Shown piece after piece: positions 36,069 through 37,863 of a stretch of DNA of 37,863 nt. The first letter of the stretch is position 1; every line of letters begins with the position of its first letter. The notes beneath the pieces are model-generated. The model had not been told where the DNA came from, searched no databases, and saw nothing but the letters and a program-made list of their open reading frames with translations. Source of the stretch: an uncultured Bacilli bacterium (GTDB taxonomy: Bacteria; Bacillota_I; Bacilli_A; RF39; UBA660); NCBI GenBank assembly GCA_947595345.1, contig CANQEQ010000002.1, forward strand, positions 1 to 37,863, given 5' to 3'. Made by a program: the position numbers and the translations under genes.

Positions 36069-36750
36069 AAGGCTCCATTAAATTATTTTCAAAAAAACTA
36101 AAATAATTTTTATCACTTACTATAATATGGTCTAATAAATCTATTCCTTGTATTCTTCCAATTTCCATTAGCATTTTTGTAACATCTAAATCAGCTTTAC
36201 TTGGTTTTACATCACCACTTGGGTGATTATGCATACAAATAAATGATGAGGCACTGCATAAATAAGCATTTTTGAATACTTCTCTTGGGTGAATTAAACT
36301 TCTATCAATTGTTCCCATAAATAACAATTTCCTTTCAATCAAATTTTTTTTATTATCTAAATACATAACATAAAAATATTCTTGTTTTAATCCATAAAAT
36401 AAATATTTATTATCATTATATATAAAAGAAGGATTAATATATTGTCTTAGAGCTTCTTGCCCACTACTTAAATAAATTCTTTTTCCAAGTTCTGATAGGA
36501 CTAATAACTCTTCTTTTTTTACTTCACCTATTCCTTTAATTCCATCAAATGTATGAATATCAATATTTTTTAAATTTTCTATTTTTTTAATTCTTTGTAA
36601 AATATTAATTGATAATTCTTTAACTGATATTCCCTTACTTCCAGTTTTAAGAAAGATTGCTAGAAGCTCTTCATTAGATAAATTACTAACTCCATATTTA
36701 ATCAGTCTTTCTCTTGGTCTTTCTGATTTTGGTATTTCTTTAATTAACAT
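36055..36750 (-). CDS. radC: RadC-family JAMM-motif protein
   Basis: The N-terminus IKEIPKSERPRERLIKYGVSNLSNEELLAIFLKTG carries a HhH motif. The JAMM motif is HNHPSGDVKPSKADLDVT. GGAGG SD. Confidence 0.9.
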   Translation of the reverse strand: MLIKEIPKSERPRERLIKYGVSNLSNEELLAIFLKTGSKGISVKELSINILQRIKKIENLKNIDIHTFDGIKGIGEVKKEELLVLSELGKRIYLSSGQEALRQYINPSFIYNDNKYLFYGLKQEYFYVMYLDNKKNLIERKLLFMGTIDRSLIHPREVFKNAYLCSASSFICMHNHPSGDVKPSKADLDVTKMLMEIGRIQGIDLLDHIIVSDKNYFSFFENNLMEPYGKN

Positions 36751-36783
36751 ATTTTTTACCTCCTATATTTAATATACTCGGTT

Positions 36784-37224
36784 TTAGAGATTTAGTTTTG
36801 CATCTTGGAAAATTTCTTTAATTACACTTTGTAATTCTTCATTAGATTTTAAATCTTCTAACTTAACATCATACTCTTTTAATTTATTTAAAGTCTCACT
36901 ATTTTCTACATAATCACTTCTAATATAGGTATGTATGTTTTTATCTTCATAATAATTTTGAATTTTAAGGGCTGTATTTAAAGTAGTTGTAACTCCAAGA
37001 TAAACATAAAACTTATCATCATCTTCTTTAATTAAATAATTATCTAATGATTTAGAATTTTTAACAGCTGCTTCTTTAGAAATATATACTCCATATTGAA
37101 CATAATAAATATTTCCATCATCTTCTTGATATTCTGAGCCTTGATAATTTTTATAAATCAAACTTCCAAACAAATAACCAATTACTATTCCTAAAAAGAT
37201 AACAATAATAACATTCTTTTTCAT
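36784..37224 (-). CDS. Membrane-anchored SPOR-like domain protein
   Basis: N-terminal TM segment (VIIVIFLGIVIGYLFGSLIY), then YYVQYGVYISKEAAVKNSKSL...FYVYLGVTTTLNTALKIQNYY, which resembles the SPOR repeat pattern. AAGGAGG SD. Confidence 0.55.
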   Translation of the reverse strand: MKKNVIIVIFLGIVIGYLFGSLIYKNYQGSEYQEDDGNIYYVQYGVYISKEAAVKNSKSLDNYLIKEDDDKFYVYLGVTTTLNTALKIQNYYEDKNIHTYIRSDYVENSETLNKLKEYDVKLEDLKSNEELQSVIKEIFQDAKLNL

Positions 37225-37350
37225 ATTCCTCCTTTTTAATTAGTATAATTTTTCTAAAAGAGGAAAAATGTCGTAAAAAAACATAAACTAGTTCTTTTTC
37301 TAATTTATGTTTTTATTCTATTTTCTTTTATTTTTTATTTTTTTCTTATT

Positions 37351-37370
37351 TATGATATCATTATGATATG
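37351..37370. promoter_or_regulatory. Palindrome plus direct repeat, candidate operator in front of the RHH gene
   Basis: The sequence is TATGATATCATTATGATATG. ATGATATCAT (37352-37361) is a perfect 10-bp palindrome, and TATGATAT recurs at 37362-37369. It ends 16 nt before the ATG at 37387 and overlaps possible -10 hexamers (TATGAT). Confidence 0.35.
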
Positions 37371-37386
37371 AAAGGAATGAGTGTTA

Positions 37387-37560
37387 ATGGATAGTAAAGT
37401 TGCTACTTTAATAAGAATTGATGAACAACTATATGAAGATATAAAATACTTTGCTGAAAAATATTCAAGAAGCATTAATAAACAAATTGAATTTATTTTA
37501 AAAACATATGTTGAAAAAGAATTCTTAAAAGAAGAAAAAGAAAATCAAACTGAAGACTAA
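37387..37560 (+). CDS. Ribbon-helix-helix (Arc/CopG-type) DNA-binding protein, 57 aa
   Basis: My own translation, as it is below the track cutoff: MDSKVATLIRIDEQLYEDIKYFAEKYSRSINKQIEFILKTYVEKEFLKEEKENQTED. The beta strand (TLIRID) followed by helix-helix (LYEDIKYFAEK / SINKQIEFILKTYV) fits an RHH fold. AAAGGAA SD. Confidence 0.65.
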   Translation: MDSKVATLIRIDEQLYEDIKYFAEKYSRSINKQIEFILKTYVEKEFLKEEKENQTED

Positions 37561-37602
37561 AAAAGTTATCTAAAAATTAAAGCATTATTATTAATAACTT
37601 TT
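37561..37602. terminator. Possible bidirectional hairpin after the RHH gene
   Basis: 9-bp stem AAAAGTTAT/ATAACTTTT (37561-37569 pairs with 37594-37602) with a large loop. T-runs follow it on both strands. The large loop makes it non-canonical. Confidence 0.3.
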
Positions 37603-37622
37603 AACAAATTTTAATATAATTG

Positions 37623-37651
37623 TTTACAAATTTATATTTATCTATTATAAT
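37623..37651 (+). promoter_or_regulatory. Sigma-A-type promoter of the candidate small RNA
   Basis: TTTACA (37623-37628), a 17-nt spacer and TATAAT (37646-37651). The predicted TSS is near 37658-37660. Confidence 0.5.
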
Positions 37652-37658
37652 TTAATTT

Positions 37659-37750
37659 GTAGGGAGCAATATCGGTTTTCACGGCCGAATGCTCACCGCT
37701 ATGGTTAGCATTGTTTTATTGAAAAATCAATAAAACATGTTTTTATTTTT
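37659..37750 (+). ncRNA. Candidate ~90-nt small RNA (antisense/antitoxin-like or orphan riboswitch-like leader)
   Basis: It is bounded by a promoter and a strong terminator. The GC-rich body carries nested helices: GAGCA (37664-37668) with UGCUC (37690-37694); UCGG (37672-37675) with CCGA (37685-37688); and GCUA (37698-37701) with UAGC (37706-37709). No ORF or SD follows it on the plus strand. Confidence 0.45.
37713..37750 (+). terminator. Intrinsic terminator of the candidate small RNA
   Basis: Perfect 10-bp stem GTTTTATTGA/TCAATAAAAC (37713-37722 pairs with 37727-37736) with a 4-nt loop, followed by ATGTTTTTATTTTT. There is no U-tract on the minus strand, so it acts in the plus direction only. 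Confidence 0.8.
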
Positions 37751-37835
37751 GATTAATTATATTATATATAATCCTCAAAAATATAATGATGCTTATGTAC
37801 TTCAATAGTTGTATAACAAATATTTTATTTTCCAT
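37743..37835 (-). CDS. Candidate 30-aa hydrophobic peptide (type I toxin-like small ORF)
   Basis: My own translation: MENKIFVIQLLKYISIIIFLRIIYNIINQK. GGAGG (37848-37844) lies 8 nt before the ATG at 37835. The TAA stop (37745-37743) lies inside the U-tract of the convergent small RNA. AT-rich DNA produces such ORFs by chance, so confidence is low. Confidence 0.3.
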   Translation of the reverse strand: MENKIFVIQLLKYISIIIFLRIIYNIINQK

Positions 37836-37863
37836 AAACAACACCTCCTACTATAATATCAAC

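Noticed and set aside
37787-37863. Plus-strand frame open from ATGATG at 37787 to the window edge, as a possible gene regulated by the upstream RNA element
   Set aside because: There is no SD-like sequence before either ATG, and it lies antisense to the SD-preceded small ORF. Open stretches of this length are expected by chance. I cannot fully exclude it without sequence beyond 37863.
1-37863. CRISPR arrays, IS elements, integrases, prophage blocks or flanking direct repeats that would mark the accessory modules as mobile
   Set aside because: I saw no repeat-spacer periodicity, no transposase-, recombinase- or phage-like ORFs, and no tRNA genes. I found no obvious direct repeats flanking the Panacea-type pair or the essC-esaB cassette, so no mobile-element claim is made.

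Overview
This 37.9-kb window comes from a very AT-rich, Firmicute-type chromosome, roughly one quarter G+C by eye. It uses the standard bacterial code: TGA terminates rnj. Nearly all genes are on the minus strand. The backbone is housekeeping: rnr-capA-smpB, sigG behind a forespore-type promoter, and a wall-glycopolymer cluster (tagG-tagH, DUF3048, GT2/GtrA). It continues with rnj, add, the dnaG-sigA-trmK operon, a U32 peptidase, yvcK-dnaD-nth, an ABC-F ATPase and radC-mreC-mreD. I saw no rRNA, tRNA, CRISPR array, transposase or integrase. Five things stand out. (1) A terminator-insulated pair, a DUF4065/Panacea antitoxin-like gene plus an unassignable 138-aa partner, is wedged between mreD and the ABC-F gene. 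I read it as a candidate PanAT-type toxin-antitoxin module with an undescribed toxin. (2) A self-contained essC-esaB(yukD) cassette has its own consensus promoter and terminator but no WXG100, EssA, EssB or EsaA gene nearby. (3) At the right edge, a promoter- and terminator-bounded GC-rich small RNA converges on a 30-codon hydrophobic ORF with a strong SD (type I TA-like), next to an orphan RHH gene with a palindromic operator. (4) A GC-rich island of about 200 nt downstream of rnj folds as a three-way-junction RNA that I cannot classify. (5) The ABC-F protein has one ATP site degenerate in all three of its contributing motifs. All product calls rest on motifs read from the supplied translations; no database search was run.
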